Source of the DNA: an uncultured Candidatus Actinomarina sp.
GTDB taxonomy: Bacteria > Actinomycetota > Acidimicrobiia > Actinomarinales > Actinomarinaceae
NCBI GenBank assembly: GCA_902634185.1
Contig: CACPJC010000001.1
Span: 179,857-243,856, forward strand
DNA length: 64,000 nucleotides
Direction: 5' to 3'
The notes under the pieces are model-generated. The model made no database searches, was not told the DNA's origin, and saw nothing but the letters and a program-made list of their open reading frames with translations. The translations under genes and the position numbers were made by a program. Positions 48,097 through 57,978 of this stretch are shown here, piece after piece. How positions within the stretch are numbered: position 1 is the first letter of the stretch; every line of letters starts with the position of its first letter.

Positions 48097-49577
48097 TTTT
48101 CTGGTTTTAAATGTGTGAATGAAATTACTTCGCGTATTGAAGTTTTTCCCACAAGCATCATGACAAAGCGGTCAACCCCAAAACCTAAACCACCAGTTGG
48201 AGGTAAGCCATACTGTAAAGCTTCAACATAATCTTCGTCTTCAACATGGGCTTCTTCATCACCATCATTCTTTTTAATCGCTTGTTCTTTTAATCTTTTG
48301 GCCTGGTCTTCTGAGTCGATAAGTTCTGAAAAACCATTTGCTAATTCACTACCAAATGCAAAAAGTTCGAACCTCTCTGTTATGCCTTTTTCATCTTTCT
48401 TTTCCCTTGCAAAAGGTGAAACTTCAACAGGATAATCAATTACAAATGTTGGATCGATGATTTCTTTTTCTACGAAATTCTCAAAAAGTTCGTAAACAAG
48501 TAATCCAATTGATTTGGCTTCAAAATCAACTCCTTGCTTTTTTAATTCCTTACTAATTTTCTTAAAATCAGAATTAAATTGTATGTCTATATTTAATTTT
48601 TCAGAAACCATATCAAACATGCTTACTCTTTTCCATGGACCTGAGAAATCAGCGGTATTTTCACCAAAATGCAACTTTGTATCAGTTTCTAAATTTTTAA
48701 AAACATATACACACATATCCTCAACCATGTCCATAACAGAATTTGCATCAACGTATGCCTGATAACTCTCTAACATCGTAAATTCTGGTAAATGTGTTTG
48801 ATCAATACCTTCATTTCTGAAAATTTTTCCTAATTCAAATACTTTTTCAAATCCACCAATAATTAGTCTTTTTAGATAAAGTTCTGGTGCAATTCTTAAA
48901 TACATGTCTAAACCTAAAGCATTATGGTGAGTTGTAAACGGCTTTGCTATCGCACCACCAGCTTTAGTTTGCAATATTGGAGTTTCCACCTCTACAAAAC
49001 TATTTTCATGTAAATATTCTCTTATAAGCTTTATTACCTTTGATCTAGTTTCTAGAATTTTTTTTGACTCTGGGTTCACTATTAAATCCAAGTATCTTTG
49101 CCTAAATCTTGTTTCTTTATCTTTTAATCCATGCCATTTCTCTGGAAATGATCTTAAGCTTTTAGATAGTATTGTTGACTGGTTTACTTTAATTGAAAGC
49201 TCCCCTTTTTTAGTTTTAATTACTTCTCCGTTTACTGCAATTATGTCGCCAATATCAAAATTTTCAAAAAGCCTCAGATAAATATCCTCAATTTCACCAG
49301 AATTTACAAGTAATTGAATTTTTCCAGATTGATCAAATATGTCATAGAATAATAATTTGCCAAACGATCTTGCATTTAATAATCTTCCTCTAACAGTTAC
49401 AGATATGCCTGTATGAATACCTTCTTCAATATCTCTATGTTCCCTGATAATATTTGAAATCTTTGTTGATTCATTAAATTTTGTGGGAAAAGAATCACTA
49501 CTAATATCATTAAGAAAAGCAATTTTCTGCTTTCTAAGTTCATAGATTTCTTTTTCTGATTTTGAAAAATTACTCAC
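48093..49577 (-). CDS. lysS: Lysine--tRNA ligase (class II)
   Basis: RQRYLDL, LRIAPELYLK, FRNEG, GLPPTGGLG. Confidence 0.97.
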   Translation of the reverse strand: MSNFSKSEKEIYELRKQKIAFLNDISSDSFPTKFNESTKISNIIREHRDIEEGIHTGISVTVRGRLLNARSFGKLLFYDIFDQSGKIQLLVNSGEIEDIYLRLFENFDIGDIIAVNGEVIKTKKGELSIKVNQSTILSKSLRSFPEKWHGLKDKETRFRQRYLDLIVNPESKKILETRSKVIKLIREYLHENSFVEVETPILQTKAGGAIAKPFTTHHNALGLDMYLRIAPELYLKRLIIGGFEKVFELGKIFRNEGIDQTHLPEFTMLESYQAYVDANSVMDMVEDMCVYVFKNLETDTKLHFGENTADFSGPWKRVSMFDMVSEKLNIDIQFNSDFKKISKELKKQGVDFEAKSIGLLVYELFENFVEKEIIDPTFVIDYPVEVSPFAREKKDEKGITERFELFAFGSELANGFSELIDSEDQAKRLKEQAIKKNDGDEEAHVEDEDYVEALQYGLPPTGGLGFGVDRFVMMLVGKTSIREVISFTHLKPEN

Positions 49578-49587
49578 TATTCATAGC

Positions 49588-50355
49588 CTAATTATTCAAA
49601 AAATATATTTCTTCAAGTCCATTTAATGTTAGATCTTTTGAATACTCTGTTTCGACATTTAATTGTGGTTGAATTACCTCACCTAAGCCACCAGTAATGA
49701 CAATTTTTGGATTAGTGCCTGTCTCTAAAATTATTTTTTCCAACATTGAATCTATCATCGAAGCATGTCCTAAAATAAGACCACTTTGTATAGCTTCATA
49801 GGTGTTTTTACCAATTACTGATTTGGGGCTTAATATTTCTACTGATTTTAATGATGATGTTTTTGTGGTTAATGCCTCAAGCGATATTTTGATACCTGGA
49901 GCGATTGATCCACCTAAATATTCTTTTTTGTCATTTACTACATCAAAAGTTGTGGCAGTACCCAAATCAACAATAATTACAGATTTTTGAGACATCTTGA
50001 AACCACCAACAGAATTTGCAATCCTATCAGGTCCCAATTCTTTTGGATTGTCAATGTTTACTTTTAAACCTGTCTTTATTCCTGGGCCAACTGTATAAAC
50101 TTTTTTAGAGGTAAATCTCTCGGTAGCTTCTACAACGCTTTCAGTTATTTGAGGAACTACTGAGCATATAATTGAGCCATCAAGATTTTCGTCATTAATA
50201 CTCTCAGGGTCAATTGTTGTTTTAAACATCATAAATAATTCGTCAGAAGTAATTGTTTTTCTAGTTGTATATCTATAGCTTCTCCAAAATAAATTATTTC
50301 CAACACCAACAGTTGTTTCACTGTTTCCAACATCAATTGCGACTATATTTTTCAT
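49588..50355 (-). CDS. coaX: Type III pantothenate kinase
   Basis: IDVGNS, LGPDR, VDLGTATT. Confidence 0.93.
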   Translation of the reverse strand: MKNIVAIDVGNSETTVGVGNNLFWRSYRYTTRKTITSDELFMMFKTTIDPESINDENLDGSIICSVVPQITESVVEATERFTSKKVYTVGPGIKTGLKVNIDNPKELGPDRIANSVGGFKMSQKSVIIVDLGTATTFDVVNDKKEYLGGSIAPGIKISLEALTTKTSSLKSVEILSPKSVIGKNTYEAIQSGLILGHASMIDSMLEKIILETGTNPKIVITGGLGEVIQPQLNVETEYSKDLTLNGLEEIYFLNN

Positions 50356-51179
50356 TTTGTAGCTCCAACTTCAAACTGAATATTATCAATTAATCTTATA
50401 CCCTCAACATAAGCAGCAGTAATGATTATGAATTTTTTTGTAGTATTTTTTGGAGGTGAAAATGTTTTATGATCAAGAATTTCAAAATAATCTAAATCAA
50501 TATTGTTATCAAATAATATATCTGTCCCAACTTTGACAGCATCTATTGTGTTGTTAGTTTTTATAAATTCATCTTTTGCGGCATTCAATGATTTATAAAT
50601 AAAACTTGCCTGATGAATACCCTTATTTGACAGGTGTTGATTACGGCTGCTTAACGCAAGACCTGAAGTATTTCTTACTGTCTTATTTTCAATAAGTTTT
50701 ATATTGTATTTCTTTTCTAAAATCAACTTGTTAATTAAAAACAATTGTTGAAAATCTTTTGCTCCAAACACTGCAGTTTTTGGAGCAATCAATTCAAATA
50801 ATCTATTTACGACTGTTATTACTCCATCGAAATGACCAGGTCTAGAATTTCCTTCATATTTTTTTCCTAAATTACCTGCATCAATTTTATCAAAACCTGA
50901 TTCAGGAAACATATACTCCTCATCAGGAAAAAAAGCATATTCTATATTTAATCGATTAAGTATTGAAATATCTTTTTCTAAATCTCTTGGATAATTTTTA
51001 AAATCTAAATCATCATTGAACTGAAGTCTATTTACAAATATAGAAACTATTACTTCTTGTTCTGTTTTTTTTGCGGCATTAATTAATGCAATGTGGCCTT
51101 CATGCAGAGCTCCCATCGTTGGAACGAGACAAAGGTTTTTATTATTAAATATATGTTCGTTATCTTTTAAAATTATCAT
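50352..51179 (-). CDS. panC: Pantoate--beta-alanine ligase
   Basis: VPTMGALHEGH, RPGHF, ALSSRN, RLIDN. Confidence 0.95.
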   Translation of the reverse strand: MIILKDNEHIFNNKNLCLVPTMGALHEGHIALINAAKKTEQEVIVSIFVNRLQFNDDLDFKNYPRDLEKDISILNRLNIEYAFFPDEEYMFPESGFDKIDAGNLGKKYEGNSRPGHFDGVITVVNRLFELIAPKTAVFGAKDFQQLFLINKLILEKKYNIKLIENKTVRNTSGLALSSRNQHLSNKGIHQASFIYKSLNAAKDEFIKTNNTIDAVKVGTDILFDNNIDLDYFEILDHKTFSPPKNTTKKFIIITAAYVEGIRLIDNIQFEVGATK

Positions 51180-51208
51180 ATTTATCGTGCCCTTAAAGGT
51201 GCCCGTAA

Positions 51209-51682
51209 CTATTTAGTATTTACCCTACCAACTTTATTTATTTTTTGAATATCTATTTTGTAATCTTGCATATTAAATTCTTTGAATAACTCACAAAGAG
51301 GTTTTACAACAAAAACTCTATTTGACCAATCGTAATGTGGAATAACTAAATCTTTTGAATTTACTATCTGATTATTAAAAAAAACAATATCAATATCAAT
51401 AATTCTTGGACCATATTTTACTGTTTTTGTTCTACCCATCCTTCTTTCTACATCTTTAGTAGTTTCTAATAATTCAATTGCTGTTTTTTTGTAATCTATT
51501 TCTAGAACGAGATTAAAAAAATTATCTTGATCTTTTAATAATATTGGATCAGATTCATAAATTGATGAGATCTTTTTAATTGTTGAAAATTGATTTATTT
51601 GATTAATCGCAGTTTCCAAATTAGATTTTTTATCTCCAATATTTGAGCCTAAAGATAATATTATTTTATTAAAATTCTTCAC
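51209..51682 (-). CDS. folK: HPPK
   Basis: LGSNIG, GPRIIDIDI, IPH. Confidence 0.92.
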   Translation of the reverse strand: MKNFNKIILSLGSNIGDKKSNLETAINQINQFSTIKKISSIYESDPILLKDQDNFFNLVLEIDYKKTAIELLETTKDVERRMGRTKTVKYGPRIIDIDIVFFNNQIVNSKDLVIPHYDWSNRVFVVKPLCELFKEFNMQDYKIDIQKINKVGRVNTK

Positions 51683-52040
51683 TTGCAGTAACGCTTATAT
51701 CTTCAACAAGTTCTTTCAAGGGTGAGTTTGGCTTATGAATAGTAACCGTTGCTTTTGAAATATTGTTATATTTTCTTAAACTATTTAAAATCTCATATGC
51801 AAATGTCTCAATAAGATCAAAAGAGTTACTATCTGATATATTTATAACCTCATTTACTAGATTTTCGTAATTAATGGTATTTTCAAAGCTTTCAGATTTA
51901 TAGTTTTCAAAATTCAAAATATTTTCTTTTAGCTCTATTAGCAAGTCAATCCTAAAGTTTTGACCATTCATTTTTTCTTGGTCATAAACACCATGAGTTC
52001 CATAGACATTTATACCCTCTACTTGAATTGTAAGGGGCAT
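51669..52040 (-). CDS. folB: Dihydroneopterin aldolase
   Basis: GTHGV..EK..GQ, INY, LIE, HKP. Confidence 0.9.
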   Translation of the reverse strand: MPLTIQVEGINVYGTHGVYDQEKMNGQNFRIDLLIELKENILNFENYKSESFENTINYENLVNEVINISDSNSFDLIETFAYEILNSLRKYNNISKATVTIHKPNSPLKELVEDISVTASEEF

Positions 52041-52041
52041 A

Positions 52042-52512
52042 TTATAAAGCTGGAATTAGGGCTATAGCCTTTGGTGAAAGTGGTTTTCCAAGTATTCTTT
52101 CAAGAATTGTTCTTGCAAAAATAGGATCATCTAAAAGTTTTGAATAAATCAGATATCCTGCAAGGATTCCTGGAACTTCTTCATCCAGATATTCTCTGTG
52201 AATTAAAAGTTTTCTTTCTTTGTCTGACAACGCTTCTTTAATTGCTTCAAAAATAACATCAACTGACTCGATGGACACATTTTCTCCAAGAGGAAAGTGA
52301 TATGTTCTAAAACCCACTTCTTGATAGTTTTTTAAATTGAAGTCTGAATCAAGTAGTGAAAAAATTGAATTAATGCCTTGGCTTTTTAGCCACTGAATCT
52401 CTTCTTCTCTTCTAATTTTTCTAGCAGTTAGTCCACCGCCACCAATACATTCAGAAACTGCAAGTTTTCCTTCAATTATCCAAAAAAAATCGTTTGGTTT
52501 AAGTCCAGCCAT
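52042..52512 (-). CDS. PTP/dual-specificity phosphatase-fold protein lacking CX5R
   Basis: FFWIIEGKLAVS, WLKSQGINSIFSLL, LLIH...LAGYL layout; strong SD GAGGAG. Confidence 0.6.
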   Translation of the reverse strand: MAGLKPNDFFWIIEGKLAVSECIGGGGLTARKIRREEEIQWLKSQGINSIFSLLDSDFNLKNYQEVGFRTYHFPLGENVSIESVDVIFEAIKEALSDKERKLLIHREYLDEEVPGILAGYLIYSKLLDDPIFARTILERILGKPLSPKAIALIPAL

Positions 52513-52521
52513 AAACTCCTC

Positions 52522-52540
52522 TTAAAGTAGCCTAACATAA
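52522..52540. promoter_or_regulatory. Candidate canonical DtxR/IdeR iron box overlapping a TAGGCT -10
   Basis: Minus strand TTATGTTAGGCTACTTTAA, 15/19 to TTAGGTTAGGCTAACCTAA. Confidence 0.35.
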
Positions 52541-52557
52541 TACATTAAACAAATTAT

Positions 52558-53301
52558 CTAATTATCTAGGTGCAATCTGACTAAATCAACTCCTGAATGC
52601 AAACAATGATCTTTCATTTCACTGGTTGTCATATTTATTTGATCAGTAAATTTTTTTCTTGAATAACCAACCACAACTGGATAACTTTTTATTAAATTAT
52701 TTAGATTCAAAAATAATTCTTTAGAATCATCCATTTTTTTTCCAAATCCTAATCCTGGATCAACGGCTATTTGAGATTTATTTATTCCTTTTTTTATCAA
52801 GTTTTCAGTTTGATTAATCAGGTGAGTGTTGACTTCGCCTACAACATCGACATAATCCATTTTTTCCTGAATATTCTTTGAAGCAGGGTTTCTATGCATG
52901 ACAATAATTCCACATTCTCTTTGGATTGCAAGCTCAATCATTTTACTTTCCGAAAAACCCGAGACATCATTAATAATTAAAAATCCTGAGTCCAATGCTC
53001 TTTTGGCAACCAATGAATTTAATGTGTCTATCGAATAGTAAAATTTATCAGACATATTATCTAGAAAAAAATTGAGTCTATCTAGCTCTTCATTCGTATT
53101 TAACATTTGATAATCTGGCTTGGTAGACATACACCCAATATCTAAAAAGTTAATATTATTATCTAAAGCAAAGTTAAATCTTTCTTTAAGGAGTTTTTTA
53201 GAATGAAGTATTCCATCTCCACTAAATGAGTCATCTGTGACATTAATTATTCCAAAAGTTTTTTTTTCAAGTAGTTTTAAAAAGTTTTTCCAATCAAACA
53301 A
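52558..53301 (-). CDS. folP: Dihydropteroate synthase (divergent, C-terminally short)
   Basis: INVTDDSFS, INDVSG, DPGLGFGK, SRK, RLH. Confidence 0.88.
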   Translation of the reverse strand: MFDWKNFLKLLEKKTFGIINVTDDSFSGDGILHSKKLLKERFNFALDNNINFLDIGCMSTKPDYQMLNTNEELDRLNFFLDNMSDKFYYSIDTLNSLVAKRALDSGFLIINDVSGFSESKMIELAIQRECGIIVMHRNPASKNIQEKMDYVDVVGEVNTHLINQTENLIKKGINKSQIAVDPGLGFGKKMDDSKELFLNLNNLIKSYPVVVGYSRKKFTDQINMTTSEMKDHCLHSGVDLVRLHLDN

Positions 53302-53302
53302 T

Positions 53303-53869
53303 TTAACCCATATTTAATGAAGCTTCAGCTCTCAAAGAAGAATCTAACTCATAAATTCCTGTTGAGAAGGTTGTTGTTATATCCCCTATTGCATTTTCAG
53401 GACTTAATAGATCTGAACACAAATGCTTAGCTTTAACTTTTACATGTACTCCATCACAATCTAAATTGGAATAAATCAATTGGGATATTTCCTCGGTAAA
53501 TTTTTCCTGAAGAGTTAAATTGCTTGATAAATTATTTACTAAATCACTGAATTTAGAGAACCCTATTATATCTTTCTTTGGCAAAACAGCAATACTTACG
53601 TGTCCAAAAAAAGGAAACATGTGATGTTCACAAAATGAAATAAACGGTATCTCATTTATATAAATTGGTTGGTTATGTTCGACACCGTTAAGTTCAGAAA
53701 AAATTGACTCTATAGTCTTCTTTTCAAAATTTAATTTATTTTCAATCTGATTTAAAAACTTTGTAGCAATAGTTTTTGCTGAATCCTCCGTTTTTCCGGA
53801 AATCTGAGAAATGAATTCTGAAAGAGCACTTTCAAGCTGAGCATTTAATTTATCAACCTTCTTGCTCAT
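53303..53869 (-). CDS. folE: GTP cyclohydrolase I-like protein (divergent)
   Basis: [20 protein letters not shown]; position between ftsH and folP. Confidence 0.8.
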   Translation of the reverse strand: MSKKVDKLNAQLESALSEFISQISGKTEDSAKTIATKFLNQIENKLNFEKKTIESIFSELNGVEHNQPIYINEIPFISFCEHHMFPFFGHVSIAVLPKKDIIGFSKFSDLVNNLSSNLTLQEKFTEEISQLIYSNLDCDGVHVKVKAKHLCSDLLSPENAIGDITTTFSTGIYELDSSLRAEASLNMG

Positions 53870-55731
53870 GCTAATTTTAAATTTTTCCCAGAACCTGTGA
53901 TGTTTACTTTTTTTATTTTATTAAATATTCTTGCAACTTCTTCTCTATCGATTGTTTCTTTTTCCATCAAAACTTTTACCATGTCTTCCATTTGCTTTTT
54001 AAACTTTCCAAGTATCTTTCCTGCGATTATGTGTGCGTCACTCAAAAGGTTCTTAACCTCTTCATCAATTGACGAGGCAACTTCGTCAGAATAATCCTGC
54101 TGCCTTCCATAGTCGCGACCAAGAAATACTTCATTTGTTCCTTTTCCATAAAGCATAGGTCCAAGCTTTTCACTCATTCCAAATTCCATAACCATTCTTC
54201 TTGCAATCTCTGTTGCTTTCTCAATATCATTTGAAGCTCCGGTAGTTGGGTCAGCAAAAATTAGCTCTTCAGCAACTCTTCCACCCATCAACATTGCCAA
54301 TCTGTCTTTAAGTTCTGCTTTTGAAGTTAAATACTTTTCACTGTCAGGAAGGGCTTGGGTGTATCCAAGAGCACGTCCTCTTGGAATAATTGTAACCTTA
54401 TGGATCGGATCAGCATTTGGCAGGGCCCATCCTACAAGAGCATGTCCCGTTTCATGATAAGCAATTATTAATTTTTCTTCATCAGTCAAAATCTGACTTT
54501 TCTTTTCTGGTCCAGCTAGGACTCTGTCGATTGAGTTTTCTATGTCTAAATTAGAAATTGTTTTTTTGCTTTTTCTAGCTGCAAGTAAAGCAGCTTCGTT
54601 TAATAGGTTTGCTAAATCTGCACCTGTAAATCCAGGGGTTTGCTTAGCAATAGTCTCTAAACTAACATTTTTGGCAATAGGTTTATCAGCCGCATGAACT
54701 TTGAGAATCTGTGTTCTTCCTTTTAGATCGGGCCTATCTACAATTACTTGTCGATCAAATCTACCTGGTCTAAGCAATGCGGGATCCAGTACATCTGGTC
54801 TATTTGTTGCTGCCATCAAAATTACACCCTGGTTTGCTTCAAAACCATCCATTTCTACAAGAAGTTGATTTAATGTTTGTTCTCTTTCATCATGACCACC
54901 ACCCAAACCAGCGCCTCTCATTCTGCCTACTGCATCTATCTCGTCTATAAAAATTATTGCCGGGGAAGACTCTTTGGCTTTTTTGAATAGATCTCTTACT
55001 CTGCTTGCTCCAACACCAACAAACATTTCTACAAAATCAGATCCGGAAATACTGAAAAAAGGTACATTGGACTCTCCTGCTACTGCTTTTGCTAATAAAG
55101 TTTTTCCTGTTCCTGGTGGCCCAACAAGTAGAACACCTTTTGGAATTTTTGCTCCAAGTTTATTAAATTTTTCCGGGGATTTTAAAAATTCTTTTATTTC
55201 CTCAAGCTCTTCTTTTGCTTCCTCTGCTCCTGCAACATCCTTAAATGTTACTTTTGGAGACTCTTCATCTAATTCTTTTGCTTTTGACTTACCAAATTGC
55301 ATAATTTGATTTCCATTTGAGCGAACCTGAGAAAACATAAAAAACATAAATCCAGCTAAAAATATCCAAGGAAGGAATGCTATGAAATAGTCCTGCATAC
55401 CTGCAGGTTCAGTGTCTGTGTTTAAAACAATGTTTTGATCAATCAATAATTTAAATATTTCTCCTTCGAAACCTTCTGGGTAGTCTGTTTGAAAAAGTGA
55501 ATCATTATTTGCAAGTTTGTATTCAACTGTGTTTGATTGTTCTTTAATAGTTGCTTCTGTAACTAAACCTTGATTTATTTGAGTTTGAAACTCTGAAAAA
55601 GTTGAATTTTCAGGAGCATTTATTGTTTGATTGTATCTTTGAACGCCAAAGAATATCAATAATCCTAATGAAACATATATAAATAGAGATCTGTTTCTTT
55701 TTTTATTTTGTTCTTGTTTACTTTCTTCCAC
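53866..55731 (-). CDS. ftsH: ATP-dependent zinc metalloprotease FtsH
   Basis: [20 protein letters not shown]. Confidence 0.97.
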   Translation of the reverse strand: MEESKQEQNKKRNRSLFIYVSLGLLIFFGVQRYNQTINAPENSTFSEFQTQINQGLVTEATIKEQSNTVEYKLANNDSLFQTDYPEGFEGEIFKLLIDQNIVLNTDTEPAGMQDYFIAFLPWIFLAGFMFFMFSQVRSNGNQIMQFGKSKAKELDEESPKVTFKDVAGAEEAKEELEEIKEFLKSPEKFNKLGAKIPKGVLLVGPPGTGKTLLAKAVAGESNVPFFSISGSDFVEMFVGVGASRVRDLFKKAKESSPAIIFIDEIDAVGRMRGAGLGGGHDEREQTLNQLLVEMDGFEANQGVILMAATNRPDVLDPALLRPGRFDRQVIVDRPDLKGRTQILKVHAADKPIAKNVSLETIAKQTPGFTGADLANLLNEAALLAARKSKKTISNLDIENSIDRVLAGPEKKSQILTDEEKLIIAYHETGHALVGWALPNADPIHKVTIIPRGRALGYTQALPDSEKYLTSKAELKDRLAMLMGGRVAEELIFADPTTGASNDIEKATEIARRMVMEFGMSEKLGPMLYGKGTNEVFLGRDYGRQQDYSDEVASSIDEEVKNLLSDAHIIAGKILGKFKKQMEDMVKVLMEKETIDREEVARIFNKIKKVNITGSGKNLKLA

Positions 55732-55773
55732 ATTTTAAATTTAATAGAAGTGAGGTTAAATAAATAGTCAAAG

Positions 55774-56286
55774 TTAGGATAAAACGGCAAGATAAGGGAG
55801 TTCTCTATATTTTCCTTCAAAATCTAAACCGTAACCAACTACAAATTCTGGTCCAATCTTAAACCCATGATATTTAATATCTAGTGAAGTTGTTTTGTCA
55901 GTATCTTTAATAAACATACACATAAACTCTAAACTTTTTGGATTCCTTGAATCTAATATTTTTTTCAAATATGAAAGGGTAAGACCCGTATCAAAAATAT
56001 CCTCAACAATTAGAATATTTTTACCACTTATATCTATATCTAAATCTTTTTCGATTTTAACCTGACCAGATGTTTCTGTACCTTCGTATGAAGACACACT
56101 CATAAAATCAAATGATACATCTACTTTGAGCCTTTTTGCTAAATCACTTATTGTGATAAATGCTCCTTTTAAAATACCAATAATCAGTAAATCTTGTCCT
56201 TCATAATCCTCATTAATCTGATCACCAATCTCATTGATTTTGCTTTGTATTTCTGACTCAGATATTAATTCTTTACTAATCTTCAA
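55774..56286 (-). CDS. hpt: Hypoxanthine phosphoribosyltransferase
   Basis: GILKGA, IVEDIFDTGLT, FVVGYGLD. Confidence 0.93.
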   Translation of the reverse strand: MKISKELISESEIQSKINEIGDQINEDYEGQDLLIIGILKGAFITISDLAKRLKVDVSFDFMSVSSYEGTETSGQVKIEKDLDIDISGKNILIVEDIFDTGLTLSYLKKILDSRNPKSLEFMCMFIKDTDKTTSLDIKYHGFKIGPEFVVGYGLDFEGKYRELPYLAVLS

Positions 56287-57538
56287 ATGAACTCTTTTCT
56301 ACAGAAGCAACAAGTATATTTGATTTATATTTTTTTTCATTTTTAATTGCTTCATCTGATTTCCTTAATCCTACGATCCAATACAAAGTGTCATTAACAT
56401 ATATAAGTGGCCAAAAATTTCTGAATTCGCTATTTACTCCATAATTTCTAAATATTTCTGTTACTTTAAGCGAATTATTTCCAGATATGATTTTTTCCCC
56501 GTCTTGTAAGGTTTTAATTGTAACATTGGATCCTTCGGGTAAAGAAACGCTCCATTTATTAAAAATGTCAATCGATGAAATTTTTTTAAAATTAAAAAAT
56601 CCATAATTTTCAAAATTAGACTTATCATTTATTATCCATTTATTTTTATCTATAAATAAAACTGACCCTCCAGATTTAAAACATATCCAATCCTTGAAAA
56701 AATCTATTTTTTTATTTTTATCTATAACTTTTTCTACTTTTTCAATATCTTTTTTTTCTATGGAATTCATGCCGATATATTTACCAACCCGATTTAAATA
56801 ATATTGTTTTTCTGAACTCATATTGTCTATAAATAAAGCTGGTATCTCAACATATCCCTCAGATTTTTTTATATACTTCAAATTATCATTGTCATAATTT
56901 GATCTAAATGCCACCTCATTTGATAATTGATCTGCTTTTGATTCAAATGAGCCTGGAAATTTATTATTTATCTCAGGAATTAAAAAATTTCTAATCCAAT
57001 TTCTAACAATATTGTTATCTTTATTTGTGGGGTCTTCGGAATAAGGTATGTCATTTTTGTTGGCGTATTCATAAATTTCTTTTTTTGAAATATTAATCAT
57101 TGGCTTACTTGATAAAGAATTTTCTGAATTGATTGATTTAAGTCCTTCAAGTCTTGTACCTCGAAAAAGATTTATTAATAATGTCTCTGCCTTGTCCGAT
57201 AAATTATGGCCTGTGAGCAAGAATTCATCTTTTTTTAAATTTGATAAAAGATGCTTATATCTTTCTTCTCTCATATCAGTTTCAGATGAATTAGGTTTCA
57301 AAGAAGTCTGAATTACTTCCAAATCTAAATTTAATGATTTTGCTATTTTTTTTGCTGAGGCTTCTAAATCTTTAGAGTGCACTTGGTTGTGCTGAACAAA
57401 CACAAGCCTTATATTTTTTGATATTTTACAAAGAATATGAGCTAAGACTGAACTATCTACACCGCCACTTAAAGCGATAACAAGATTTTTAGATGCATCA
57501 ACATTACTTTGAACGATGTTTTCAATTGAAGAATTCAT
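56276..57538 (-). CDS. tilS: tRNA(Ile)-lysidine synthetase
   Basis: ALSGGVDS, GH...D..ET, EDPTN...RNWIR; tilS-hpt-ftsH synteny. Confidence 0.9.
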   Translation of the reverse strand: MNSSIENIVQSNVDASKNLVIALSGGVDSSVLAHILCKISKNIRLVFVQHNQVHSKDLEASAKKIAKSLNLDLEVIQTSLKPNSSETDMREERYKHLLSNLKKDEFLLTGHNLSDKAETLLINLFRGTRLEGLKSINSENSLSSKPMINISKKEIYEYANKNDIPYSEDPTNKDNNIVRNWIRNFLIPEINNKFPGSFESKADQLSNEVAFRSNYDNDNLKYIKKSEGYVEIPALFIDNMSSEKQYYLNRVGKYIGMNSIEKKDIEKVEKVIDKNKKIDFFKDWICFKSGGSVLFIDKNKWIINDKSNFENYGFFNFKKISSIDIFNKWSVSLPEGSNVTIKTLQDGEKIISGNNSLKVTEIFRNYGVNSEFRNFWPLIYVNDTLYWIVGLRKSDEAIKNEKKYKSNILVASVEKSSFED

Positions 57539-57548
57539 AAAAACTTGT

Positions 57549-57827
57549 TTACTTTTTTATTACTTTATATCTCTTTTTTGTAACTTGTCTAAAGTATTGA
57601 ACTATATTGCCGATAATTACAAGGGTTGCAATAGCAACACTTGTAGGAATTAGAAACTTATATGTCCATTGGGGATCTTCTGGAACCTCTATCTCTTCTT
57701 CAATTACAATTGCTGGTATGGGAGTTTGTTCGTGGTCATCTTTAAAGCTTGAAGAGTCATTAGGAATTGCCAATGCATGACTGTTAATAAATAAGAAAAT
57801 AAAAAATATTGCCAAAAACTTTTTCAC
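57549..57827 (-). CDS. Small type I membrane hypothetical protein
   Basis: Signal peptide (ALA), acidic linker, C-terminal TM, basic tail; TAGTCT 6 nt before GTG. Confidence 0.7.
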   Translation of the reverse strand: MKKFLAIFFIFLFINSHALAIPNDSSSFKDDHEQTPIPAIVIEEEIEVPEDPQWTYKFLIPTSVAIATLVIIGNIVQYFRQVTKKRYKVIKK

Positions 57828-57882
57828 ATTAAAAGACTACACAATCATGAAAAAAAAATAAATTTATATTGGATTTATTTTG

Positions 57883-57954
57883 AGCCGAAGGAGGGAATTG
57901 AACCCTCGGCCTGCTCATTACGAGTGAGCTGCTCTACCACTGAGCTACTTCGGC
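57883..57954 (-). tRNA. tRNA-Thr(CGU)
   Basis: GCCGAAGTAGCTCAGTGGTAGAGCA-GCTCA-CTCGTAA-TGAGC-AGGCCGAGGGTTCAATTCCCTCCTTCGGCT; CCA not encoded. Confidence 0.95.
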
Positions 57955-57978
57955 AAAGAAAAGGATTGTAAGATGATC

